Shown piece by piece: positions 12,133 to 25,510 of a DNA stretch of 64,000 bases; the first letter of the stretch is position 1, and every line of letters begins with the position of its first letter. The DNA comes from Oculina patagonica. Taxonomy: Eukaryota. A program made the translations under genes and the position numbers. Location of the stretch: NCBI RefSeq assembly GCF_052425735.1, contig NC_135762.1, positions 5,952,001 to 6,016,000 on the forward strand. Direction: 5' to 3'. Below the pieces are notes generated by a model. The model was not told the DNA's origin. It saw only the letters and a program-made list of their open reading frames with translations, and ran no database searches.

Positions 12133-15100
12133 GGAAAGGGGGGGGGAAAAAGGCCTTATCCTACACTGACCAACTGAAGTAAATGAAACCTGACTCCTGT
12201 TCCTTAACCATAATTATCATGTATAAACACAGTCTGTTACTGATTAATTTAATTAACAAATTAATGATCTTACCATGGTGCTGTACAGTCTTGTAAACTC
12301 CATAGCATTTGGTGTAAGAATTGCTTTGGTGTAGTTCTTGATTATGTCAGGGTAAGATGTTATCATATAGAGCCCATCCTAATGGAATAAAAATCAATTC
12401 AATAAAGCTATACAGATCTAAAAATAATATTTATTATTTTATTTGTATTACCTTAAAGTTTGTCAGTTCAATTTGCCAATACAAGGGCTCGCTATTCTCT
12501 TGTCCCACTCAATATGCAAAGAAGAACACAACTATTTCTCAATGTAAAAAAATTTACTCAACTGCATCTATGACAAGGAGTTTTCCCTGTTCCTTTGCAA
12601 GCTCAAGCACTCCCTGCAAGACAAAAAGACAATCATAACACAAGCTTCCCTTTAAAGTTTTATGAAGACATTGAATCTGACAAACTAGAAACTCTTTCTC
12701 CAGTTTACTGGTAGTTGAACTAAAAATCTTGAAATTACAGACCACACGTATCTGTATATATGTTGCAGGTTTGGTTTTCGGGTTAAATCCGTTTCAAGCC
12801 TAGTTTAATCTGTTTCAACATGAAGATAACGATCTATTGGACTTTCTTTTAATGAATTGGAGTTATTTTATGTCATTGTAAAAGTGTTTTCTTCAGGTTG
12901 AAGCAGATTTATCTAGGTCAAAAAGGGATTAAATTAACCTGAAAACGGATTTGACCTGCAACATATACCATATATATTGGATTTACCTTGACATTTTCAA
13001 TGATTGTTGGGTTTCTTCCCATTCCTGGGCCAACCACAAGGCAGTGAAGTCTTGAAAGCCAATCCTTCACCTCTTTTACTGCTGTCTTTCTATCTCTAAA
13101 GAAACAAATTCAGTACAAATGAAATCAGCCACCTATTCTTAAATTAGAGAAAGGGATTTTGAGATATTTTGAACTCAAAAATAAAGAAAGGTGCTCCACT
13201 AAGATAAAATGCTTTAATTCATTTTTTAATCTATTCCATTTTTCATTTAGCCAAAAATTTCCTCCTTTATATGAAGAATTCATGTCTGCCACTAATCTCA
13301 TCTCTTTTGTCAATTCCTGGACAATACACAGAAATTTGTATGAGGTGTCTTTGTGTACTTACAAAAGTGGATGGACAATGAGTTCAGGGCTGTATGACTT
13401 AATCACTACAGCTGCATCACTTGTGCAAAACACATGAGACAAATCTGCACCCTAAAAAATCAACAAAGTGAATATCAATGTGGTTTCCAAAATAAACTGG
13501 TTGATAATTGGTATCAAAGTTTGAAAAATCCACTTGGGACACAGGTTCATGTTTCTTCTGAAAAACATCTATTATCAGTTTCTTGAGATCTCCTGGATTG
13601 TCAGTGTGTGACCAAACTAAATAACCATCACATTTATTTTACAACCCTTGATAACTAAAAGCCCCTGAGCATAGAAAAGTCTAGTCTGAGGACACATTAG
13701 GGAGTATTCAGCTTCCATAGCATTAAAAAAAAGAGGTATCTTCCCTCCAGCTGATTGGGTGTTAGCACATTGCAGTCTTATCCACCAATCTGCTGGCCAG
13801 TACCCATTTACAACTTGGTGGGGCCAGACTTAATTAAGTTGTAAGAGTACAAGCTCTCAAGCTCTGAATGACAAGCCAAATGATCTAACCATTCTCTACC
13901 AATAAAATTAATAATGTGTATTTCAAATAAATTATACTTCTAAAATCAATACTTACAGCTTTCAATGCTGATATTGCTGCAAAATATGGAGCACCTGTAT
14001 ACCTGCAGTAGAATCAGAGGAGGGATGTTATCATTTGTGGTTTTACTTGCTTTATAATTTCATATGCCAATCAGAAGCCGAGACCAGTTTCAACTTGACT
14101 TCTGTTTGGATTAAATTAGCACAAAAGAATGACCATAAAACTCTATTAAGCCCCCACCACCTCTTTTAAGCCCCTCCCATCTTTATTAAGCTCCTCCAGA
14201 AGCAAATTTCTAGCTGTTATCTGCCAGGTTCCTGTAGCCAACAGAAAAGGGTTTTCTGCATTGTGGTTACAATGTTATTGTTTTAGGTTAAATTTTTTTA
14301 AACCAGTTAGATGATTATTCTCCTTAATGCACATTGTCATAATCTGAAACAAAAGAAAATTAAAAATCTAGCTGGTTGAAAAACTTCAAGCCAAAAAAAA
14401 CCACTATACAACTGTGCATTGGCATCACTTGTGCGTCAGTATCCAAGAGGAGATGAATTAGGGTACGCAAATTTGCCGATTTGTAGATTTTTTTGGCCTA
14501 GTCCATTGATCTGCCACTGTTTTCATTTCGTTCAAATCCAGACCTGCATTACATGAAAACTTTTTGTGGTAAAGTTTCACTGCAACAGACTGTCCATGCC
14601 TGTGTTTTGAAGCCGATTTTTCATCCTATCATTAGGACTTCACGACGATGAAAATGTGTAATTCATTACGAATTCAGTTATTAATTCACGCATGCCCAAC
14701 GAAGCGGTAGATGTCCCACGGGGGATTAAGTGACTTAACAACCGAATGCAGTTTTTTCGTTCACAAAAAACCGGTTTGTGACTACGCGAAGATCAAACAA
14801 GTAAACGAACTAGTGAACAAAGTGAAACGCTTTGAACATGAAAACTTCGATAAATTCAGTTCAGACAAGCAAACACTCTCTTGAAATATGTGACCTCTTT
14901 TTTTGAAATGATGCGCCGTAAACATTAATTTTTTTTTTCAAGAAAGTTTCGAACACGCGTACGCGCCAGCGAGACTAATTGATTGTCTATTGTAGCGTAA
15001 AGGCAAGTAGGAAAAAATGATATCTCTGGTTCTATTTGGCGTAAATCAGTGATTTAAACGGTGAAATGATCTTAATAAAAAGAAACAATGATCTACGAAA

Positions 15101-17900
15101 GTTTTTATGATGCGTCGTGAAAATATATTAACTTTTTTGCGAGATAAATTTTCTGTCATTCGGCACACGCCGGCGAGACTTGTTTGTGGAATGAATAATT
15201 GCCGACTCATTGTCTGTTGAAGCATCACGGCAAGTAGCAGAAAGAATGATTTCTCTTTGTTCTATTTGGCATAAGTTGTTTATTTAAACGGTGAAATGAT
15301 ATCAATGAGTAAAACTGATGTTCTATAAAAGTTTATATGATACGCCAGAACATTTATTAAAAGATAAAAGTTTCGGAATATTTTCAATCAACCCGCGCCG
15401 ATGAGAACTTGTCGCAACAATTGACTTGTCGCACGTGTTTATTCAACAATTCAAAAAAAAACTTTCGCTCACAGAAATATCTCAAGCACATTAGCGCAAC
15501 AATTTAATCTAAATGAGGAATGGTTTCTTTTACTGTAGTGTTCTTTGCTGTTATAAACACCTTTGTAAGCTTGTTGAAGAAGCGATTTATTTCTTGTGGG
15601 ACGCGTACGCTCCAAAAGAAAAAATATATCTGTCGGCGCGTAGGGAATATTCACGTATTAGTATAATTTCAGAGGTGATTATAAGAATTGAAGCATTCTG
15701 ATTGGTCGAGAAGCTCGGCTTATGAGGCTATAATCACCCCGCGCGAGGTGATTATAGTTTTGAAGGCCTGGTTATTTTGCTGAATGAAAATTTCTTTGAT
15801 TTGAAAGAAACCAGTCTAAGTCCTGGATATTTTAAACACTGGGAATTTTTCAAATTAACTACCAAGGCTTTTGGACCGAAAATATTTTCAAGAGATGGTT
15901 CTCAAGGCGTGAGAAATGATCGTAAACACGGCGGTTTTGGCGATCGATGAGAAACTCAGTCAGATCGATTGAGCAAACATTATTTAGTTCTCTTCTCACC
16001 GGAGCTACTCATTTTCGAGAGGATTCCCACATTCGTTTAGAAGTCATCAACAATCATACAAAGAAAACGGACATCTATCTTTCTCACAGTGTTTGTTTTG
16101 TTCTGTTTTATTGCTTTAACTAAATAAATTCTGATTGTAATCGATGAATTAAACTGGTTTACACCGTATGCAAGCGAACACTTGTGTTTGCTGTTTTCTT
16201 GTTTGCTATAGTTATTTTTTTAAGTTCTTGATGATCACCTCTAAAAATTACACTAAAACAATTATTCGCCTTAGGCTCAGTGATTATTGTTGAATAATCA
16301 CTTCGCCTTCGGCGAATAATTGTTAATTAAAAGTGAGACCAAACTCTTTGTAGTATTCACACAAATGAACACACGCTTTAAATATGAGAACCATCGTAAG
16401 TTTTATTCAGATAAGTGAACAGACGCTTTGAACATGAAAACTTAGCTAAGTAAACAGTAACACACGCTCCAAAAGTTTTATTCAAACAGGGGAGATCACG
16501 CTTCGAACTTCAGCAAGTTTACCTAAAACAAGCGAACGTACCACACACGCTTTGAACACTAGAATTCGATCAGTTTTCCTTAGATAAGCGAGCATTCGCT
16601 TTGAACATGAACCGATAAACATTTCACTATCGGAATAATATGTTTTGCTTTCAAAACCGGTTTTAACATCAATAGAAACTTGGACTCGAACCGCATTTTC
16701 ACAGCCTGCTTTGAGACTCCCAAGACGACTCGTGATTGGACGTGGGGGCTCATGAATATTAAATACCCGACCTGACTCGGGTCGGCTGAATTACACATTT
16801 TCATCTCTGCGATGTCCTCATGATAATTGCATGCTTATACCAAGGCAATGCTACAGCATTATTTAAAACACCAATATAAATATGCAGTACACCTTGAATA
16901 ATTAATTAAGGGGGTATTACGGTTACAAAAAATCTGATTTTTTTCAAAAGGCCAACCAAAAATCCATGATCCAAACTTTATTTAGGATTGATCACGATAT
17001 GAACAACAAGACAGACAGAGACCGGCATCCAGGCCAAATTTCTCAGCTGATCCATTGATTCACCATATTTTCGAAATCCACAAACACGTTTAATATATTA
17101 TAATAATAATTATGATTTTGAGTGTCAAATCTGTTGATCTGCAAATCTATTCACCCTCCTCCTCCAAGAGCTTATTTTCCATTTGGTACATAGATCATAA
17201 TTTCTCTTTAACAATTAGACTACAAGCCCGAGTTTTCTATGAGTGAATAGTCAATGAGGTGCAGCCGTGTTGACTGTCGCTCATACAAAACGAGGGCGAG
17301 TGGTCTAATTGTTTTAGTAGAAACTCTAGTCCAAAACCAAAAACAGTAACAAAACCTACAATTTTGTGCACTTTGAAGATAAAGCAAGAAGAAAAACTGG
17401 TAAGTACCGGGCATTTGTTGGATTATGATTCACATATACAGCATAGCTAGTTCCATCAGCATGCAGGAAATGTGTCCAGAACACCTGGACAAATTTTTTA
17501 GACACATACATACTGCTGTTTATTTGATGCAATATAACAAGTTAGGGCAAATAACAAAGCTGATGTGAGCTTTCTACACAAAGTGAACCAGATATGATCT
17601 ACTTTATACTCACTCTTGACATCCGCCTATCACACCTATTCTGCCCAGCTGTCCTTTGTGAGAACAATCCACAAGAGCAGGGATGGTTTCCCTCACAAGT
17701 TCCAAGCAACTGCACTGTTTTTTCGGAGCCTTGATATGAGTGGCATCTGTTGCCGATCTGAAACGACTGTTGAGCTGATTCTCTCCACCAGCGAAAGTAC
17801 TTCGTCTCGCCGCCATAACAAAACGAAAATTGGCGACGTTAGTGGAGCTAAAACGCCTCTTTGCAACATGTATGGAATTGCTGCTAAATGATCCTCCCAT
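9176..17900 (-). CDS. NAXD: ATP-dependent (S)-NAD(P)H-hydrate dehydratase (CARKD/YjeF-C family), 9 exons
   Basis: Exons 17900-17614, 14002-13957, 13451-13363, 13095-12987, 12613-12563, 12378-12274, 10959-10836, 10339-10213, 9377-9176, all GT-AG and phase-compatible. Motifs: [88 protein letters not shown]. Confidence 0.95.
11035..11627 (+). mobile_element. 5'-truncated Penelope-like retroelement (GIY-YIG endonuclease C-terminus plus inverted pseudo-LTR) in a NAXD intron
   Basis: ORF 11209-11472 ([20 protein letters not shown]...[13 protein letters not shown]) is a GIY-YIG tail. Perfect 61-bp inverted repeat 11035-11095 / 11542-11602. 13-bp flanking direct repeat TAAGTATTCAACT at 11022-11034 and 11628-11640. 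Confidence 0.85.
11537..11577 (+). ncRNA. Minimal type I hammerhead ribozyme, U3-A8 core variant
   Basis: Stem I GAAC/GTTC; core TTGAAAA (canonical CTGANGA with compensating U3-A8); stem II GGTGTC/GACTCC; GAAAC followed by GTC cleavage triplet; palindromic ACGT stem III. This layout is typical of Penelope pseudo-LTRs. Confidence 0.7.
12757..12967. mobile_element. Short MITE
   Basis: Inverted termini TATATGTTGCAGGT / ACCTGCAACATATA. Confidence 0.5.
14634..16818. mobile_element. Non-autonomous TIR DNA transposon (about 2.2 kb) in NAXD intron 1, with nested repeats
   Basis: About 32-bp imperfect TIRs: AGGACTTCACGACGATGAAAATGTGTAATTCA versus revcomp AGGACATCGCAGAGATGAAAATGTGTAATTCA. Internal duplication near 14990-15110 / 15220-15340. 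No transposase ORF. Confidence 0.6.
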
Positions 17901-18062
17901 AAGACTTCAATGTTCAAGGCATTTATTTGATCGCGTGGGAGCTGGGTTCTATATGTGGTTTACATGTCTGTTACACCACGTCATTTGCGCAGTGCCGTGC
18001 CGCGCAAACAAAATGGCGGACTTCGCGGGTCCAACGGCACAAGTTTTGATTTAGCACCGACT
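17901..18062. promoter_or_regulatory. Bidirectional promoter between NAXD and FDXACB1
   Basis: Only 162 bp separate the divergent ATGs; CpG-rich; contains AAAATGGCGG (YY1-like) near 18010. Confidence 0.65.
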
Positions 18063-21000
18063 ATGGCTTTACTAGACACAAAATTGTATTCCAATAATGT
18101 TCTGGTTGTCGGAGATGGCAACTTTTCATTCACTGTTTGCTTAGCATCTGCGTTATCAGAGACGACGGTTAAAATCGTGGCAACATCTTTGGATTCCCCC
18201 GCTGCCTTGGCAAACAATGACTTCGCTGTTGAAAACATCGAGAAGTTATCTGCTTTTCAGAACGTCGAAATCTTGCATGAAGTGGACGCAACGAATCTTT
18301 CTAAGACTTTTGGCTCAAAAATCTTTGATCGGGTGATCTTCAACTTTCCACACATTGGTGGGAAATCGAACATCGGCAAATCCAGAGAGCTTTTGGAGCG
18401 GTTCTTTGCAAGCGCCGCGCGCCATGTTGAACCTTACAAGGGCGATATTTGTGTTAGCCTTTGCCAAGGTCAGGGAGGGACACCTTTGGACAATCCGAGA
18501 AGGGAGCTTGGAAACACTTGGCAGGTTGTTTACCAAGCTGCTAAAGCAGGTACGGTTAGTAGTATTTTTAAATATTTAGCTACATGTGTTACTTTTGCTG
18601 TACCAACCCTCAGCTTTGCATTACGTTATACCAGCAAAATTTGACGTGATTTAACAAGGAAAAGTTTGTATTGGATGTACTTTAAAATCCCAATAACCCC
18701 TCCCCCCGAAAGTCAGTTCGTCCATCAGTCAGTCCACAGGCAGACAATCCTCTGTGTTTGAGGCTGCGTGACGTAAGCGTCAGGGTACGCGCTATTTGAT
18801 CTCATACGGTCACTGTACAGTCTGTAGTCTGTATTGATTGACCTCGGCTTGAGTCAACTGATCGCGAGAAATGCTAGTGCGTACTGTGACGTCATGCGGC
18901 CTCAGACACAGAGGATTGTCTGCCTGTGGTCAGTGAAACAAATCAGTCACTAAATTCACAAATGCAAATGGAAACCACAAGGAGTCCCCAGCAAAGGCAA
19001 CTGTGACAGAGCTACGTACATAATGTAGGGGGCAACTGCTAACATACCGGTGCTTTAGCCACTTTATAGTGTCACATTATATTCATTTCTATTTATCTTG
19101 CCATTTTCAAGCCCTCAGAATGTGTTGTTCCAGAAAATATCCATACATGTACCCCTCCAATGGAAGGTTTGTTGGTTTGAATCCCCTCACCCCTCTGAAA
19201 ATTCCAGTTAAGTCCCATACTTTTCTTAAACATTTTGGCTATTGATACCCCCACCCCCTCAGAATTTCCAATGACCTTCCATGGGGTGGGTATGAATGTT
19301 TTCTGGAACTGCACAATTGAGAAAAGCAAGTCATGAGGAGAAATGAGAAAGAAATGTTTTTTCTTTTGCTCTTATACAAATAAGGAAACCTGTCAAAATA
19401 TGCATGATGCATGTCAATCATGACTGTGAACTACCCCTTATTTCCAATCATTTGGCAAGAATTAAAGGAAGCTTTGGCCTTTATCTTGCAGCAAAGTAGG
19501 AAAACACTTGACCAGTTTTGATTAATATGTAAATGTTCTATTTTTAATCAGCATTTTTTATTTACTCTAGGTCTTATTTTAAATGCCGTATATCCATTTA
19601 GAAGCATAGATTATACTTCCTACAGAAGTGCAGGCTTCCGTGGACAGCTTGGTAAAGGTTTCCACACTGTCAATGGACTCACTCACATGTTTGTGCATGG
19701 AGTGCCTCTGGAAACCGTTCCAGACTTGGAGTAAGTTTCCAACATTTAAAAGTACATCTCAATATACATGTAATTTCAATTATTTTTGATAATGTGTATC
19801 TATTCTCTCAATAGTTACAATTTTTAAGACTTGACTTGATGGTTAAAATCAAGGATAGATTTTTACACAAATTATTCGTGATCACTCACCAAAAATTTCT
19901 CCTAATTTGGTTCATGCTTTGTCACCAGAGCTGTGCTCTAGCAGGGCCTGGGTGCCCCAGGCAACTTACTTTTGTCTTTGGGAGACTTGTATAGCTTTGC
20001 TCTGTTGAAAGCTTTTAAGAGCTGGGCACCCAAGATTTCTTACAGAAGAGCCCTCAAGCACCCTGCAATTTGTTATTCTAAGAGCACAGCTTTGGTCACC
20101 CAAAGCTTTATCAAAAAAATACCACTGTTGTCAATCTTTAGCCTCTCTAATTACTTTTTCCAGCATCAGTTCACAGGTCATGATACCCAATCAATGTTTT
20201 GATGTAACATCACTTGCAAGGCCTCATAATCTCTCACTGAATCTAACAGTGAAATGCACACAACATGAAATGACTTTTTCACTAACACAGCCCAAGTGAC
20301 CACTTTGGAAAGTGAATTTTTAATGACTCTTACCTTGAGAGCAGAATGCATGCTTTGAGCTTCATCAAAGTGCACAGTTGTAGTCCTATATTGTTTTTTT
20401 TTTTTTTCCTGAATGCCTTTTCTCCAAGATTTATGTTTTGCTCTACTTTCTTTTTTAACCAGGAATTTTATGTCCAACCACAAGAACATCTTAGGAGGCC
20501 TCTACCCAGCAGATGGTCTCAGTTGTGTTCCTGGTAACCCTGTTTATATTTTGGTCAACAAGCTTAAAAGTTTCTTCTCAAATTACATTATTGGTGATAC
20601 ATTTGGTAAAACTGTTGGACCATTTGACAATCACAGCCAATCAGAAGGTGTAAGCAGCACAAATCAACAAGCAGAGGAATTGAATGTCGAAGAAGAAGTA
20701 GTTAGTGACAAATCTCAAAGATCATTACTAGATACCAACTTTTCACTATCAAGCAGGGTTCTTCAAAAGATTCAAGCAAATTGTCATTCCTTTGTCTTAA
20801 GTGGTACTGAAATTGACTTCTTCCTTCCTCCATCCTCTCAATCTCACCCCATCAGTCACAAACTGGTGGCAGTGCAGATGTATGCAGAAGCTGTAACAGC
20901 TTCCAAAGTGAAAGCAGATATGGGCCGTGTTCTAGAAGAATTCATTAGAGAAATTTGTTCTTGTCTTGAAGACTTAAAAAGAGAAAGTTCTTGTCAAAGT

Positions 21001-22127
21001 TCACAAACAGATTCTTCTGATGCCACTTTAGCAGGTTCTGAGACAATCCAGTTGAAAAGCGGAAGACAAACAAAATTCCAAAATTTCAGAAATGCAGCTG
21101 GTGCAGGTACTAGATGTGAATGCAGAAAGCAAGCTGTTCAAGAGAAGTGTATTTTTTGTAGGCTGGAGAGCCACTATCTTGGATATGACATCTCTTCTCG
21201 AGTTTGCCTCAATGACCTTTTTCAACCTTTCACACAAACTGAACTGTACCATAAAGAGAGGTTGTTACTGTCTTGTGGTGTACTGGATTCTAACAAATTT
21301 TCAAAAGTTTGCTGTGGTTGGCTGATAGAAGTTAACTTGGATAACTTGGTCATGGCTTTGTGTGGGATTTCTGATGTACGACTGCTGTGGTCACAGGATC
21401 AAAGGTTTAAAGAACAGTTTTCAAGCCTGGAGGTAAAGCTATTTTTATTATTTCCATTTATTTTGTTATTAATTATTGTTTATTATGGGAGAACAATGAT
21501 ATTTTTTATTGTCCATAATTTCGGAATTGTTTATGTTTTGTTGAACAGTTATTTGTTTACCTTAAAACTATGCTTTTTTATTGAAATACACACAGAGAAC
21601 GATTCTTACAAAGCAAAATGTTTACTACTAATTACTAACTAAACTGTAAACTACGGTATGCTGAAAACTCCTTCATGATTCCGTACTAAAGGTTTTCTTA
21701 AAAACAGAAGCCTACCTGTTTAGACTTTTTTTGAGTAATTTATAAAACGATAAAAGTCCTTTAGGTTTATCTTAAGTTTGAAGTTGTATCGTTCACTGAT
21801 ATTTAGGTCCATGCATTTCCAGACGCCAGGAAAAAGTTTGTGCCATTTAGTCTCTTTCCTCCAATGTACATCCATGACATAAGTTTTTGGATAACCGAAC
21901 ATATGACGGAGCAGCAGTTCTTTCAAGATATTTACGAAACCACTCAAGGATGTGTATGTGAGGTTTGGTTCATTGAACGATACCATGATACAGAACAGGA
22001 TAAAGTGAGTTACAATTACCGAATGGCTTACAGCTCATGTGACAGGCCACTGAGCCATATCCAGACAGTACAAATGCAAAACTTGTTGAGGAGAAAACTC
22101 TTGAATTGTGACTTTCCACTCAAATAG
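18063..22127 (+). CDS. FDXACB1: Ferredoxin-fold anticodon-binding domain protein 1 (N-terminal BMT5/DUF2431 methyltransferase-like, C-terminal FDX-ACB)
   Basis: Exons 18063-18549, 19571-19730, 20463-21432, 21807-22127 in phase. Motifs: VLVVGDGNFSF, IVATSLD, VDAT, FDRVIFNFPHIGGK, GQGGTP, WQVV, DVRLLWSQDQRF, SLFPPMYIHDISFW, YRMAYSSCDRPLS. Confidence 0.9.
18735..18928. mobile_element. MITE with CACAG termini (CACTA/EnSpm-like)
   Basis: TIR CACAGGCAGACAATCCTCTGTGT(T/C)TGAGGC; 3-bp flanking repeat GTC on both sides. Confidence 0.7.
19926..20094. mobile_element. MITE with 5-bp TSD
   Basis: TIR CAGAGCTGTGCTCT / AGAGCACAGCTTTG; TSD GTCAC at 19921-19925 and 20095-20099. Confidence 0.65.
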
Positions 22128-22517
22128 CAGTTTGTGTGCATCATATTAGAACAAAATGCATAAAGCAAGGTAAGGTAATGTGGTAGGCAGGAGTAGAGGT
22201 TAATGTTAATAAGGAATTAATTATTGCAACTTCATTAGTAGGTAGCAACAGTGTACCATTTCAAACTTTTAACAAGTACATGCATTATCAAAATGTGACA
22301 TTCACTGATACAGTGTGGTAAGTTCTTATTAGTACCGGTAAGTGGGTGTGCGGCATAACACAGGAACAACATCAGATTGTTTAGTCACTTATGTGTTTAT
22401 TAAATTCCTTACAAACCATACATCCATAAATATAATCATACAGGACTCATTTAAAAAGACAAAAATGACTATTTTCTAGATAATACAATATAATATTTTA
22501 TATACAGTTAGACAATA

Positions 22518-22791
22518 CCATATTTTCTCGATTAAACGCCAGGCCCGGAATAAACGCTGGGTCTCCAAGGTAGAGTGGAAAGTGAGCCTTTTAGGCATTT
22601 ATTTGACTCAGGTGTAATAAAAATTATGCTTTACGTATGATGGCAAGATACATTCATGCCACAAATAATGATTAAAAACCCTAGTTTAATAAACAGTTTG
22701 CTCAAATAAACTGCACAATTAAAAATCCCCGCCAGATCCACTGAGCCAATTTTGAAATATACGCCGGCGGCATTTAATTGAGAAAATATGG
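22518..22791. mobile_element. Tc1/pogo-type MITE
   Basis: TA|CCATATTTTCTCGATTAAACGCC ... GGCATTTAATTGAGAAAATATGG|TA. Confidence 0.65.
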
Positions 22792-24960
22792 TATATTCAT
22801 TTGGCAACATTTTTCAATCTGCCTTTTTTTGCTAAACATTTAACAGCTACACAATTACACAAGTGACTTTTTTTGGACCTTTGCAATACCCTGTTCACAT
22901 TTCTTCTACAATTTCTCTCAGCGAACACCTTTTCAATTTGATATCTTCACAGCAGTATGTGGCAGGGTCTTTGGAAAGGCCATTTTGCAATGTAAACAAG
23001 AATATGAATTTTATTATGAGGTTGAGAAAAAACAGCAATAAGACTTCAGACTTGAGTTAACAAGTGCTGTTTTATGATAAATAGGATAACATACAGAGAA
23101 ATAGGCCTTTGTTCTAGCCTAGCCAAGAGTATTAATAATTCTGATTCCAGTTTATGAATTTTAAAGAAACACAGAATACTAAAAGTGGAATGTATGCAAA
23201 CTTAATGCTCCATTGCTTGTTTTTCCTCCTAGCAACAAAAATAAGGTAAATGTGCAAACCACACACTGAGTTTTGAAGACTTGAGAGGAAATACACCAAA
23301 AAAGAGGCATGAAATAGGTGATTTTTATTATGGGTCATGAGCATAACTTGAGTGTTTAGTCCCTATAAACATAATTTTTTTTAGAATTTTTAATGTCTAC
23401 ATTACTCAGAAAATATTTGGATTGGATTAAAAAAGAATGGCAAAATGCCCAATTAGAAAAAATGTATTAAATTATTGAACTCTTTACTTATCATTTGTGA
23501 ACAATAAAAACAACTTACTACCTGATTGGTTCTCTAAGTCTTCAACCAATATAATGATTGGTAATGTTCAATTTTTATATTACTCTGTGACTATAAGGTG
23601 AAGGTTCCCTCTCAAATCTCCAGGAATTGTGAAGAACAGCTTCCTGTAGGTCAGCTGTTAGCAATTGTTGTGGGTTAATTTATCAAAAGAAGGTACAAAT
23701 CTGTGCAAAACATGTTCTTTGAAAGTGAGTAAATTTTTATCTACAAAATGTAATAGGCTACCACTATTTTTCAATGATTTAATTTGTAAGGTATCACATG
23801 CCCATGCTTTGTAGTCATCCCTAAAGAAATTTAAGTTTTTAACACAAATAGAAAAAACCTTTTTATATGAGACCGAACATGGGAGAATGTCTGGTACAAT
23901 CACACACACAAAAAATAATGGCCATTCTACTTTGATTCCATCTGTGTGATGAAATGGAAGAGCTGATAAGTCTAGTTAGAAAAAACAAGAATGACCACAA
24001 GGGACATCTGATATCTTAAGTTTACAAGATAATGTTTTCTTACCAGAGGGTTTCTACTTACATGCCTTTTTTTGTATGCACTCAGTGTGTGTTTACAGCT
24101 TATACAATACACAGTATTTACAAAACATACAATGTTTCAATAGTTAAGTCTGAACTTGGAATGAAGGAAACACTGTCAGTATAATCATTGAAATATTTTG
24201 GGTTATAGCAAGGGCTATATATAGGGCTTTTTACAAACTGACCTTAGGGATAAAAATAGTAAAGAACTGATCTCTCATACTACATGATAATTTATATAGA
24301 AATTACTGAAATGAAAAAAAAGGTTGACTTGACATTACTGAGATTGTTTTTCACAGAGATGCTTCCTTCATCCTTAATATTCAGACTTGGCTATGAAAGA
24401 TATCAACAAAGGAATGACATTATTCAAAACAATATTCACCCTGTGATACACAAGCACTACTTTATATTCTCAAATTGTCAAATACCTAATCAAAATGCTA
24501 CTTTACTTTAGTCTGTTTGGCAAGTGGATAACAAGTGAAATTGATTTGAATATTGACATATTGTTGCTAGAGATAACTATTGAACATACGTCATATAAAT
24601 TATTGCATGCTTACTGCAGGCCCAAAATGTGTTGTTCCATAAAGTATCCATACCCCATGGTAGGGTTTTTGTTTAGCTCTGTACTGTACTAATGTTGGCT
24701 TTTGAAACTTCCCTCCCCCCTTCAAATTGTTCGACTACATTCCCTGGGATGGGTATGGCTATTTCCTGGAGTTGCACAAATTATATGCATCTGCGTTGAT
24801 CTGCAGCCAAAAAATAGTTACTGTTAGTAATAATCATTTTAGAATGGACGACCACTGGTTTTGATAATTTGTATCAAAAGGAAATTTGCCACAAATCACC
24901 ACAAAGATACACAGTTTGAACCCGAAGTAATTTTAAGGGGTATGTAGCTAACAATATTAG

Positions 24961-25510
24961 CAGTGTTCTCCCTAGGATTTTGGGAAGGCCAGGCGGTATT
25001 CTGACTGTGATTTTTAAATGCCGTCAAAACCTGATTTGTGGAACTTGTTCCCCCACGTTACTATCACTTTTCTGTCTTTTTTCCAGAGTAAAATTTACTA
25101 ATTTTAGTTTCTTTCCTAAGCAACCCAAGTCGGCTGAGTTCACCATTCTTTATATGAACACGAGAACTTTGTTTAGTATTCCATGTACGACACCTTGAGA
25201 TGCTGTAGTGTTTCTGTAGCAATTTGATAAAGCTAAGGTAGCTTGACTGCTCAACAAAACGAATGCATCACACTTAAGATTTAAACACATTAATGCAAGG
25301 GTAAATGACTTTTATAATGATATTAAAGGTGCAAAAACACAGGAAAAAAAGTGATTTCGTCTTTGCTTATGGAAAGGAATTCCAGTTCCAGATCTCAAAC
25401 AGGAGGGTTATGTTGTGTTACATCTTCAATTTTTAAGCCAGGCGGCAACGATTTTCCTGTGAATCAAGCTAGGCGGCCCGCCTGGCCTTAAATACCTAGG
25501 GAGAACACTG
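24961..25510. mobile_element. MITE with CAGTG termini and 5-bp TSD (hAT-like)
   Basis: TIR CAGTGTTCTCCCTAGG / CCTAGGGAGAACACTG; TSD ATTAG at 24956-24960 and 25511-25515. Confidence 0.75.

Noticed and set aside
12082-12150. Long G and A homopolymers, possible G-quadruplex or retrocopy poly(A) tail
   Set aside because: Low-complexity end of a repeat fragment; no associated ORF or TSD, and possibly low-quality sequence.
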